64,000 nucleotides of DNA from a virus, in IMG/VR virus record IMGVR_UViG_3300025687_000024, positions 46,690 through 110,689 of that record. One strand, 5' to 3'. A model generated the notes under the pieces. The model was given only the letters and a program-made list of their open reading frames with translations, was not told the DNA's origin and made no database searches. The translations under genes were made by a program, and so were the position numbers. Of the stretch, positions 45,418 to 54,096 are shown one piece after another (positions within the stretch are counted from its first letter, which is position 1; every line of letters begins with the position of its first letter).

Positions 45418-46007
45418 GCCTCTCCCTGACCAGACACGCCTTCGAGGTCGAGCTCACCAAGATCGCCCAGCACAAGTGGCGCAAGGTGGAGAAGCCTCCT
45501 GTCGCCCTCGATGCCGCGGCGGCCATCGCTACCGGGCTCGGGCTCGGCGCGACGGGCTACATGGGCGCGCGTTTCGGGTACCCGAAGCTGATGAAGCTCC
45601 TCGGACGGCCGGTGGAGCGCCCCTCCAAGAAGGCTCGCGCCATCGCTGCCCTCTTGGCAGGGCTGGCAGGAATGGGCACACTGGAACTCGGCAGGAGATG
45701 GGTGAATGACAAGACCCGGCCAGCAAGCGGCATACGAGCTCGTCGAGCAGTACAACCCGATCACGGGCAACTGGCTCGCGGACACGAAGGACATCCTGCT
45801 CAGGTTCCTCCAAGACTTCTTCTATCAGATGCCGGCGGGGATGGACCTGTTCCACTTCGAACCGGGGGAGGAGGACTACAGCACGGCGGAGACGGAGACG
45901 GAGCTGATCGTTTCCGACGCCGGAGCGGTAGGTACCGATACCGTGGAGACGCGCCCGGCGATCTTGATTTCGCGGGGCCCATTCGCCTACGGCAACGTCA
46001 GTCTTGA
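45414..46007 (+). CDS. Tagged basic protein (AFEVELTKIA)
   Basis: Leader and two hydrophobic segments in the first ~100 aa; the remainder overlaps the next gene. Confidence 0.65.
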   Translation: MSLSLTRHAFEVELTKIAQHKWRKVEKPPVALDAAAAIATGLGLGATGYMGARFGYPKLMKLLGRPVERPSKKARAIAALLAGLAGMGTLELGRRWVNDKTRPASGIRARRAVQPDHGQLARGHEGHPAQVPPRLLLSDAGGDGPVPLRTGGGGLQHGGDGDGADRFRRRSGRYRYRGDAPGDLDFAGPIRLRQRQS

Positions 46008-46479
46008 CCAGCTGCTCGAGCAGGACCTCGCCTCTGGAAATCGCACGCACACGGATCTGCTCTCGGGCTCCTTCGTGGTAAACTGCGTCTCGAAGATCGG
46101 CCTGGAGGCCGAGAAGCTGGCGTTGCTGGTGGCCAAGGCCATCCGCATGTACCGGCGTCAGCTGCAGGTGGCTGGGTTCTTCTACATCGGTCACATGATC
46201 CAGGTCGGCCAGGAATCGCCCGCCGGCACCCTCGTCTCCGGTGACTCCGAAGAGGATTTCGTCACCGTCTCCGTCACCTTCCCTGTCTACTACCAGGAGT
46301 CCTGGACCGTCACACAGGATGCAGAAACCCTCGCGAGGATCCGCTTCATCGTGGCCCACCTCGCGCGAAAGATGGACGGCTCCCTCGTCTACCCCGACTC
46401 GGTGGATGACAACGGAGATCCCATCGAGGGCGCTGATGGCGTTATACTGACCACCTGGACCTACCCGGAAGAGTCCTAG
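45706..46479 (+). CDS. Putative tail terminator/completion protein
   Basis: Immediately upstream of the sheath gene; RPAILISRG, beta-rich. Confidence 0.6.
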   Translation: MTRPGQQAAYELVEQYNPITGNWLADTKDILLRFLQDFFYQMPAGMDLFHFEPGEEDYSTAETETELIVSDAGAVGTDTVETRPAILISRGPFAYGNVSLDQLLEQDLASGNRTHTDLLSGSFVVNCVSKIGLEAEKLALLVAKAIRMYRRQLQVAGFFYIGHMIQVGQESPAGTLVSGDSEEDFVTVSVTFPVYYQESWTVTQDAETLARIRFIVAHLARKMDGSLVYPDSVDDNGDPIEGADGVILTTWTYPEES

Positions 46480-46497
46480 CCCTCCGAAGGAGCCCTC

Positions 46498-49400
46498 ATG
46501 TCCATCACCCGCCCCGGCATCCAGGTCAGCACGACCGAGACCACGTCCAGCCCCACCATCGTCCAGCCCACGCTGAGGGCCTGCCTCATCGGCCCCTGCT
46601 TCCGGCTCATCGATGCCTTCGACGACGAGGGTGCGCTGGACAGCGATGCCTACGCCGGGACCTACCGTGACGGGTACGGCACCATCGCCTACGACCTCCC
46701 CTCCTTCGGGGCCGAGGACGACCTGACCGGCTTCGACGACGAGGTCCGGGTGTTCCTGGTCAACTCGGACGACAGCTACACCGAGCTCAACAGCTCGTCC
46801 GACGAGGAGACCCTCGAGGCCGGCACGGGGGACTACACCCAGGCATCGGGCGTGTTCGAGGATGGAGCGGCGCTGTTCGAGAGCGAAGGCGTCGAGGCCG
46901 GCGACGTGGTGCGGCTCGCCTACATGGGCGTGACCTACGACATCGTGATCGAGTCGGTCGATGGCGAGACCCTGCTCACCATCGACAACACCGGGGTACC
47001 CGAGAACCTCAGCAACGTCGCCTACACGGTGGTGCGCAACCCTGCGCAGTTCGCCTACCAGTCCTCGGCGCAGCAGTCCTACGTCCTGCTCGGCGAGGAG
47101 GGGGACTACCTCTCCATCCAGACCCAGCCGTTGGGCGACTACGCCGGCTCGACCGGCGACGGCCTCTCCTTGACCCTGCAGGAGACCTCGGCCTACACCT
47201 CCGGTGCAGACCTGGCCTACGGCGACTGCGTCTTCTACGACTCCGACGCGGACAAGTCCTTCGAGACCGCGGTGGACCTCGAGGACACCAACTACCTGTT
47301 CATCGGGGCAGGCCCCGGAACGACCCTCACCGCCATCACCGCGGTCTACGACGACAACACCCTGATCGTGGCCACGGGCGAAGGCGCGGACCAGACCGGG
47401 CTGAGCTACGTGGTCGGCAAGCAGACCGACAGCGGCGACAACGGCGCCACCGCGGGCGGGGACGAGACCGCCTTCTCTGCCGCGGGGCAGAACTTCCTGA
47501 CCTCCATCCCCCAGGTCGGTGGGGCGGGCACGGCCCCGCTGGCGGACACCTTCCTCTACATCAGCGGCGTCGGCGTGTACCAGATCACCGAGGTGACCAG
47601 CGACGAGGCGCTGGTCATCGCGGCGGGCGCCGGAGCGGGCCTGTCGGGCAAGGACTTCGAGACCGTCGAGGTCATCCAGGCCGACACCACGGGCTGCTTC
47701 TTCGACGACGATGAGCTGCTCTCCCCGTCCGACGACTTCTCCGACGTCCCGGCCGAGGTGACCGACTACGACGTGGTCGTGGGCGGTGTGGGCTACACCA
47801 TCGCCTCCATCGCCGCGGGTAAGGTCACCGTCGATGCGGCCCTGCCCGGGGACGGCGGAGCCGCGCAGAGCTACGGGGTCTACATCACCGACGCGGACCT
47901 GCTGGTGCAGTGGGATGCCACGGCCGAGACCCTGACCGTGACCCTCGCCCGGGCCGACGGCCTGAGTGTCGGCACTCTGGACAGCCTCTACGATGCGCTC
48001 ACCAATGACGAGGCCGAGGGCTACGATGCGGACGTGGCCGAGGTGTTCACCGCGGCCGAGGAGGTCGGAAGCGGTGACCTGACCGACTACCTGGGCACCT
48101 ACACCTTCGACGGCGGCGCCGACGCGGACCAGCTCCTGCTCGATGCCGATCTGATGGGGTCCACGGTCCCCACCGGGCGGGTCTACGTCAGCTACAAGGC
48201 GCTGCGCCTGGACGTCACCCCGGCGGCCGAGGAGCCGCAGCTGCTGTCCTACGAGAGCACCACCGAGTCGGTGGCTGCTCTGGGCGCGGCCAACGCCGAG
48301 AACCCCCTCTCCCTGGCCTTCTACAAGGCGCTGCAGAACGCCACCGGCAAGAGCGTGGCGGGCATCGGCGTCGATGACGTCTCGGCCGCGCGCCCCATGG
48401 GCACCGCCGAGGCCTACGACGCCGCCTTCTCGTTCCTCGAGGGCGAGAGCGTGTACTTCCTGGTACCGCTCACCCAGGACGTGGTGGTCCAGCAGGCCCT
48501 GCAGGTCCACGTCGAGGCCATGTCGGAGCCGGAGAACAAGGCGTTCCGCTGCTGCCTCATCAACCAGGTGCTCCCCGAGTACTCCTCGGCCACCCTGGTC
48601 AGCTCGGGCACCGACCTGAACACCGAGGCGGACTTCGCCACCACCGGGACCATGACGGCCAGCGTGGACTTCGTGGCCGCGGGGGTCGAGGCGGGCGACA
48701 TCGTCATCGTGGCGGCGTTGGCCGACTCCGCCAGCTCCCCGGACGTGGCCTACGGCACCCAGGGGCCGCTGTACGGCTTCGTGGTCGAGGAGGTCGGTCC
48801 GGACGACGACAACTTCACCCTCACCCTGGACGTCGCGGACCACGCTGCATTGGCGGCGCTCTGGGCTTCCCAGGTGGACGTCAGCTTCTCCATCTACCGC
48901 AGTGGGTCGGCGATCTCCACGGCGTCCGCCCAGGCCACCGCGCTGGCCGAGATCGGCCCCAACTTCGACTCCGCTCGCGTGGTCCTGGTGTGGCCCGACG
49001 AGGTCCTGGCCAGCATCGACAGCACCGAGCAGGCCATCGAGGGCTTCTACCTGGCGGCCGCGGTCGCCGGCAAGAAGTCCAGGCTGCCTCCGCAGCGCGG
49101 GCTGACCAACTCCACCGTGGCGGGCTTCACCGGCCTGCGGCACTCCAGCGGGTACTTCAGCAGCAGCCAGCTCGACGAGATCGCGGGCGGCGGTACGATG
49201 ATCTTCATGCAGGAGACGGCTGGGGGTGCGCTCAAGTGCCGCCACCAGCTGACCACCGACGTCGCCAGCATCGAGCGGCGTGAGTGGTCCATCCGGACGA
49301 CCATCGACTACACGGCCATGTTCTTCCAGCAGTCGCTGGCACGGCAGGTCGGCGTGAACAACATCACGCAGTCCTACCTGGACAGCCTGGCCACCCAGAT

Positions 49401-49560
49401 CCAGGGCCTGGGCCGCTACCTGGTCGAGGCGGGGGTGCTCTCCACCTTCTCCATCTCCAGCATCGGCGTGGACCCGGATGCCTCCGACACCGTGAACGTC
49501 ACCGTCGTCATCTCGGTGCCCTACCCCTGCAACTACATCGCCATCGAGCTCCAGGTCTGA
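46498..49560 (+). CDS. Contractile tail sheath protein with large insertion domains
   Basis: N-terminal ITRPGIQV; C-terminal LTNSTVAGF, CRHQLTTD, REWSI..TIDY and VPYPCNYIAIELQV. Confidence 0.88.
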   Translation: MSITRPGIQVSTTETTSSPTIVQPTLRACLIGPCFRLIDAFDDEGALDSDAYAGTYRDGYGTIAYDLPSFGAEDDLTGFDDEVRVFLVNSDDSYTELNSSSDEETLEAGTGDYTQASGVFEDGAALFESEGVEAGDVVRLAYMGVTYDIVIESVDGETLLTIDNTGVPENLSNVAYTVVRNPAQFAYQSSAQQSYVLLGEEGDYLSIQTQPLGDYAGSTGDGLSLTLQETSAYTSGADLAYGDCVFYDSDADKSFETAVDLEDTNYLFIGAGPGTTLTAITAVYDDNTLIVATGEGADQTGLSYVVGKQTDSGDNGATAGGDETAFSAAGQNFLTSIPQVGGAGTAPLADTFLYISGVGVYQITEVTSDEALVIAAGAGAGLSGKDFETVEVIQADTTGCFFDDDELLSPSDDFSDVPAEVTDYDVVVGGVGYTIASIAAGKVTVDAALPGDGGAAQSYGVYITDADLLVQWDATAETLTVTLARADGLSVGTLDSLYDALTNDEAEGYDADVAEVFTAAEEVGSGDLTDYLGTYTFDGGADADQLLLDADLMGSTVPTGRVYVSYKALRLDVTPAAEEPQLLSYESTTESVAALGAANAENPLSLAFYKALQNATGKSVAGIGVDDVSAARPMGTAEAYDAAFSFLEGESVYFLVPLTQDVVVQQALQVHVEAMSEPENKAFRCCLINQVLPEYSSATLVSSGTDLNTEADFATTGTMTASVDFVAAGVEAGDIVIVAALADSASSPDVAYGTQGPLYGFVVEEVGPDDDNFTLTLDVADHAALAALWASQVDVSFSIYRSGSAISTASAQATALAEIGPNFDSARVVLVWPDEVLASIDSTEQAIEGFYLAAAVAGKKSRLPPQRGLTNSTVAGFTGLRHSSGYFSSSQLDEIAGGGTMIFMQETAGGALKCRHQLTTDVASIERREWSIRTTIDYTAMFFQQSLARQVGVNNITQSYLDSLATQIQGLGRYLVEAGVLSTFSISSIGVDPDASDTVNVTVVISVPYPCNYIAIELQV

Positions 49561-50408
49561 TGTACGCCTTCCTCGGCTTTCGCAGCGAACTGAACAAGAT
49601 CGCTGCCTCGGACAACCCAGACGTCACGCGAATGCTCGCGGCGGCGCTGGACTCCCAGGATCGAGCCGAGCGTCTCGAAGGCTTGCTGGACGCCTCCAAG
49701 AAGTCCGCCTACCCCAAGGCCATTGCCGCCGGGGCGCTGGCGGGCTTCGGGATGCCCTTCCTCTACGGCGTCCTGCCGACTCTCCAGGGACGCAAGGCGC
49801 TGGAGGAGGCGGTACAGCAGCGTGTCAACGAGAAGTACCTGACCGCGGCCGTCGAGGACATCCTCGGGCTGTCCGGCAAGGATGCCCGCGGGACCGCCCA
49901 GTCCATCATGGGCTTCATGAAGTCCAAGCCAGCCGCTTGGACTTCGGCTGGCGAGGAGGCGTTGAAGTCGCTGCGGCTGGCCCGAGGCACCCAACCCGCC
50001 CAAGGCGCCTTTGCTCTGATGGGGCAGGGCGGGACTCCCATCGTCGGGCAGATGGGCTTCCGCACCTCGGGCGAAGGCCTGGCGCAGACCCTGCGCCAGG
50101 CTGGGATGGGAGGGGACGTCGCGCGGCGCTACGTCATGGAGTCCTCCCCCTCGGTGGTCCACGCCTTCCCCGAAGGGATGGAGTGGCGCAACATCATCGA
50201 GGACTCGCGTGAGGTCTACAAGCGCAAGCACGGCAAGTTGCCGAAGTCCGGTGCCCGTCTGAAGATCCTGAGCAAGATCCTGGCCGAGAAGAGCGTGGGC
50301 GCGGCGCGCAGCGCGCTTCCCTTTGCTCTCTTGGGCGGCGGACTCGCCGCGCTTCGGGTACGTTCGAAGCGCCAGCAAGCCGAAGACCTCCGACGGAGAA
50401 TCGGATGA
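49560..50408 (+). CDS. Tagged protein (GFRSELNKIA) between sheath and tube
   Basis: ATG overlaps the sheath stop; hydrophobic segments near both ends. Confidence 0.75.
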   Translation: MYAFLGFRSELNKIAASDNPDVTRMLAAALDSQDRAERLEGLLDASKKSAYPKAIAAGALAGFGMPFLYGVLPTLQGRKALEEAVQQRVNEKYLTAAVEDILGLSGKDARGTAQSIMGFMKSKPAAWTSAGEEALKSLRLARGTQPAQGAFALMGQGGTPIVGQMGFRTSGEGLAQTLRQAGMGGDVARRYVMESSPSVVHAFPEGMEWRNIIEDSREVYKRKHGKLPKSGARLKILSKILAEKSVGAARSALPFALLGGGLAALRVRSKRQQAEDLRRRIG

Positions 50409-51451
50409 GCACCTCCATGACCGATCGTGAAGCCCTGATCCGCTTCCTGCAGCTCCCTGCCTCACAGCGGCAGGAGGTGGCGCAGTCCGTGCGCAAGGCC
50501 GGGAAGGCTGGCAGGGTCGCAGGCGGCGCTGCGGGCTTCACCGCGGGTGCCGTGGCCACCAGCCCGCTCATCCGAGCCATCGCCAAGGTGAAGAACCCCG
50601 TCACGCAGACCCTGCTGCTCTCCGCCACGGTGGGAGCGGGGCACGTGGCCCCCACCATGGCAGGCGCCCGACTCGGCAAGCGAGTGGCCGAGAAGCGCCA
50701 CTTCAAGGGGAAGCTGAAGCGCCTGCAGGCGCCGGCTCTCATGCAGTCGGGGTACCCCCTGCAGAAGGCAGCCCAGGACAGCCGGGAGGACATCGTACTC
50801 CGCGGCCGAACGATGGCGCATGCCTTCTACGACGAGATCGAGAAGTTGGCGGAAGCCGCCGTGCGCCGTGAGCGCTTGATGCCCAAGGAGTCTCCCGTGC
50901 AGGGTGTCCTGGGTGCCGATGTGGAGCAGGAAGACGACAAGAACGCGCGCGCGGTCCCTGTGCTGGACCCGCCGCCTGGCTACGTGTTCTCCCCCGAGCT
51001 CGGAGCCTTCACGCCCGACCCCGCCAACCCTGGCTGGATGACGCCTGAGCAGGCCGAAGAGGCCCGCAAGCACAAGCTCTACTACGATGAGGGCTACCAG
51101 GCGGCCGCGCAGAACCAGGAAGAGGTGGCCCAGATGGAGCAGCAGGGCGCCCAGATGTCACCGCAGCCCGGGATGCCGGGTACGCCTGGCGACATCGCGG
51201 GCTCTGGTCAGGGGCCTGCAGCGATGCAGCCCGGTGCCGATCCTGCTGCCGGTCAGGCCGCAGCCGCGGGCCAGCCCGCACAACCCGGGGGCCAGGCGGC
51301 AGCGCCTGCTCCCGGCACGGAGGCGGCAGCGCAAGCTGCGGGACAGCCCACGCCTCCCCCTGCCCCGGAGGCTGAGCAGCCGGCCTCTTCCCCGTCGCCC
51401 AAGAACAAGAAGCCTTCGTCCCGGGACATCACCATCAAGGTGAGCCGGTAG
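50405..51451 (+). CDS. Protein with internal tag (GRTMAHAFYDEIEKLA) and Q/P/A-rich tail
   Basis: Basic G/A-rich N-part, internal motif, low-complexity C-part. Confidence 0.75.
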   Translation: MSTSMTDREALIRFLQLPASQRQEVAQSVRKAGKAGRVAGGAAGFTAGAVATSPLIRAIAKVKNPVTQTLLLSATVGAGHVAPTMAGARLGKRVAEKRHFKGKLKRLQAPALMQSGYPLQKAAQDSREDIVLRGRTMAHAFYDEIEKLAEAAVRRERLMPKESPVQGVLGADVEQEDDKNARAVPVLDPPPGYVFSPELGAFTPDPANPGWMTPEQAEEARKHKLYYDEGYQAAAQNQEEVAQMEQQGAQMSPQPGMPGTPGDIAGSGQGPAAMQPGADPAAGQAAAAGQPAQPGGQAAAPAPGTEAAAQAAGQPTPPPAPEAEQPASSPSPKNKKPSSRDITIKVSR

Positions 51452-51463
51452 AGGAGACCCCCC

Positions 51464-52219
51464 ATGGCCACGATGTCCGACTGGAACTTCTTCAACCGCA
51501 ACGTACAGAGCGGCATGCTCGAGGGGCGGTTCATGAATGCGGCCTTCACGCTGGTGGCCGCGGGGCCGCCACGGCTCGCCGCAGCCGGCGTGGACGTGGA
51601 GAGCGGCGAGCTCACGGAGCTGGGCAACATCGCCTACCCCATCGGCGTGCTGCAGAGCATCAACCTGGGCCAGAACTCCAACATCGTCCGGCTGTGGGAG
51701 ATCGGCTCCATGCGGAGCTACTTCGCCCGCGGGCGGACCATGGGTCAGGTCGGGCTCGGCCGCATCATGTACCACGGCCCCTCCCTGCTGCGCGTGATGT
51801 ACGCCTACCTGGGCGGGCGGCTCGACACGGGCGAGGAGTTCCTCGCGCTGTACGAGAACTCGGCCAAGGCCAAGCTCAACACCAGCGGTGAGGAGGGAGG
51901 CAAGCAGGTCTACCGGCTCCCGCCGGGCTACGAGAACCTGTGGCTGGACCTGGCCTCCGACGTCTTCGACCAGCCCATCGGCCTGCTGGTCTACATGCGC
52001 GACTCCAACGAGGACACCATCGGCGCGTTCTACCTGGAGTACTGCATGATCGCCAACCACGGGTGGATGGCGGACGCCTCCGGCACCATCATGTCCGAGA
52101 ACGTCGGCGTGATGTACGAGCGCATCATCCCCATCGACATCCGTGCCGTGGAGCTCATCCGGTCCAGCGAGGACGTGGAGAGCATCGTGGGCGCGAACGT
52201 GATCGGCAGCGCGGCCTAG
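51464..52219 (+). CDS. Tail tube protein
   Basis: PIGVLQSINLGQN...RLWEIGS; downstream of the sheath gene. Confidence 0.75.
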   Translation: MATMSDWNFFNRNVQSGMLEGRFMNAAFTLVAAGPPRLAAAGVDVESGELTELGNIAYPIGVLQSINLGQNSNIVRLWEIGSMRSYFARGRTMGQVGLGRIMYHGPSLLRVMYAYLGGRLDTGEEFLALYENSAKAKLNTSGEEGGKQVYRLPPGYENLWLDLASDVFDQPIGLLVYMRDSNEDTIGAFYLEYCMIANHGWMADASGTIMSENVGVMYERIIPIDIRAVELIRSSEDVESIVGANVIGSAA

Positions 52220-53313
52220 GCTACGCGAGGTACCGCGGGAGCCGCTCCGGCAGCGCCCGGGGCAGCGGGCTGAGGGATGCGCCGGTGGCGGAAGTTCCCG
52301 GCGGCGGGCTGCAGCTCTGCACGCATGGCGGGGTTCTGCGGGCGGTCCTCCAGGTGACGCTTGAGGGCCACCGCGCCCGTCAGGCCCGCAAGGGCTCCGC
52401 CTCCGATCATGGCCGGAACGCCGGCGAGGTGCTTCAGTCGGAAGTACCTGTAGGCCGAGGGGGCCCGCGGGACCTTCCCCGTGGCCGCGGTGATGGCTGC
52501 CTTCTCACGCGACATCGCCTTGGACTTGGCCTCGCCCACGGCGTGCTCGGCCTGGCGGAACACGCCCTGGCGGTCGAAGCCCCGCTGTGGGGCGAAACGA
52601 GCCTCGACGCCCGTGTCCACCTTGAGCTTGTCCCCGCCCAACCCGTCGAAGGCCGACCGGATGCTCTTGGACATCCGGTCGTAGTCGTAGACGTCCATCT
52701 GCCAGGCGCCGCGCTTCCGCCGCTCGAGCTGCTTCCGGATCTGGGCGGTGGGCTTCTCCAGCCGGATGGCCACATCGAAGTGACCCGGGTTGGCCTTGGT
52801 GAAGATGTGGCTCTGGTCCATGACGATGCCCTTGCGGCCCTTCAGCCCAGCGCTCTCGATGTACTTCTCGACCTGGCGCCCCTTGGTGAGGTGCTTGCCA
52901 GCCGCGTCCAGGTCGCGATGCTCCAGGCCGAGCTGCCTGGCGAGCTCGCGCGCCAGCGTGGTCTTGCCCGTGCCTCCCGTGGCGCCGATTGCGATGTTGA
53001 TCTTCTTCGGATCCAGGCCTCGGCGTCGAATCTCCTTGGCGATGGCCTTGGCCTGCGCGATGACCTGGGGAGGGGTGCCCCGCTTGGCCGCTTCCTGGGC
53101 CTCTATCGCCCGGGCGCCTCCCTTGCCGATGCTGGCGAGGTGGGCGCCGAGCTCGATGCGCAAGCCCTTGTACCTGCCCAGCACCCCGGCGGTACCCGCG
53201 GCCGTTCCGGCAGCCGCGCCGCCGGCTCCGGCCATCACGTCACCCTCGTCCACACGGGGAGCAGCGATCTTCTCGAGCTCGTCACAGAAGGCGTAGTAGG
53301 TCGTGCCGGACAT
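52216..53313 (-). CDS. Tagged P-loop kinase/NTPase (AFCDELEKIA)
   Basis: NIAIGATGGTGKTTLARELARQLG, nucleotide/shikimate-kinase-like; flanked by G/A hydrophobic segments. Confidence 0.85.
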   Translation of the reverse strand: MSGTTYYAFCDELEKIAAPRVDEGDVMAGAGGAAAGTAAGTAGVLGRYKGLRIELGAHLASIGKGGARAIEAQEAAKRGTPPQVIAQAKAIAKEIRRRGLDPKKINIAIGATGGTGKTTLARELARQLGLEHRDLDAAGKHLTKGRQVEKYIESAGLKGRKGIVMDQSHIFTKANPGHFDVAIRLEKPTAQIRKQLERRKRGAWQMDVYDYDRMSKSIRSAFDGLGGDKLKVDTGVEARFAPQRGFDRQGVFRQAEHAVGEAKSKAMSREKAAITAATGKVPRAPSAYRYFRLKHLAGVPAMIGGGALAGLTGAVALKRHLEDRPQNPAMRAELQPAAGNFRHRRIPQPAAPGAAGAAPAVPRVA

Positions 53314-53355
53314 GGTACCTCCGAAGCACTCCTATCATAGCGAAAAGGGAGATGG

Positions 53356-53399
53356 GCCGCTCCGCGCCCCCTCGACCATGCGAGGAGGCGCGGAGCAGC
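53356..53399 (-). terminator. Long hairpin on the minus strand (terminator or small-RNA 3' stem)
   Basis: About 19-bp stem whose two C/A mismatches become G-U pairs only on the minus strand; followed by CCATCTCCCTTTT. Confidence 0.6.
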
Positions 53400-53430
53400 G
53401 GGTGGAGGCAGTGTTCTCCCGACTCAAGAG

Positions 53431-53444
53431 GCTTATCCCCGAAA
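53431..53444 (-). promoter_or_regulatory. TTC-N4-ATAAG motif
   Basis: Minus strand TTTCGGGGATAAGC. Confidence 0.55.
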
Positions 53445-53457
53445 CCCGGGGCTGATT

Positions 53458-54096
53458 CTACAGCTCGAAGCCCTTCAAGAAGTCGTCGATCTCATCGTCC
53501 TCGAGGCCGAGCTCGTCCTCGGCCGGCGTGGCGACCTTCTCCTTGCCCTTCGGCTTGTCCACCTGGCACTCTCCCAGCCCCAGCGGGTCGCAGTCAGCGT
53601 GCTCGCAGTCGCGGCAGAGGTCCTCGTTGTAGTCCGAGGCGGTCAGGTCGTGCACGGTCGAATCGGCCGGACCCATGGGGCGGGCGCAGCAGGCGCAGGG
53701 CTTCAGGTCTTCCTCGAGGTCACCTCGGCTGGGCTTGGGGGTGCCGCGGGGGCGCTTGGTCTTCTTGGGGGCCAGGATGACCGGGTGGATGCTGCGCCAC
53801 AGCCTGGGGAGTTCCGGGGCAGGGTGCATCGTCCAGGCGCCCAGGTGGTCGCCCAAGGCGATGAGGATCTTGGCGTACAGTCCGTTGTTGCTCGTGTGGG
53901 CGCGCACCTGGCGCCAGCTCAGCCCCTGATCCGCTCCGGGCAGGCCGGCGCAGAAGGCCAGGATCTCACCCTTGCGCTGCTCGACAGCCTCTCGGTCGAG
54001 CTCGACGGCGTCTGTGACCTCGGGACCGTACCGCAGGCGCAGGCAGGGGGCACGGTCACCGGCGAGCAGCTCGCCTACGCTGAACGTGCGAGCCAT
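53458..54096 (-). CDS. Hypothetical protein with a Cys cluster
   Basis: CACC...CRDCEHADC...C; GGAGG RBS. Confidence 0.7.
   Translation of the reverse strand: MARTFSVGELLAGDRAPCLRLRYGPEVTDAVELDREAVEQRKGEILAFCAGLPGADQGLSWRQVRAHTSNNGLYAKILIALGDHLGAWTMHPAPELPRLWRSIHPVILAPKKTKRPRGTPKPSRGDLEEDLKPCACCARPMGPADSTVHDLTASDYNEDLCRDCEHADCDPLGLGECQVDKPKGKEKVATPAEDELGLEDDEIDDFLKGFEL

Noticed and set aside
21698-52219. Bacterial contractile injection system (eCIS/T6SS/tailocin)
   Set aside because: Portal, terminase, protease, capsid and a full replication module indicate a real phage.
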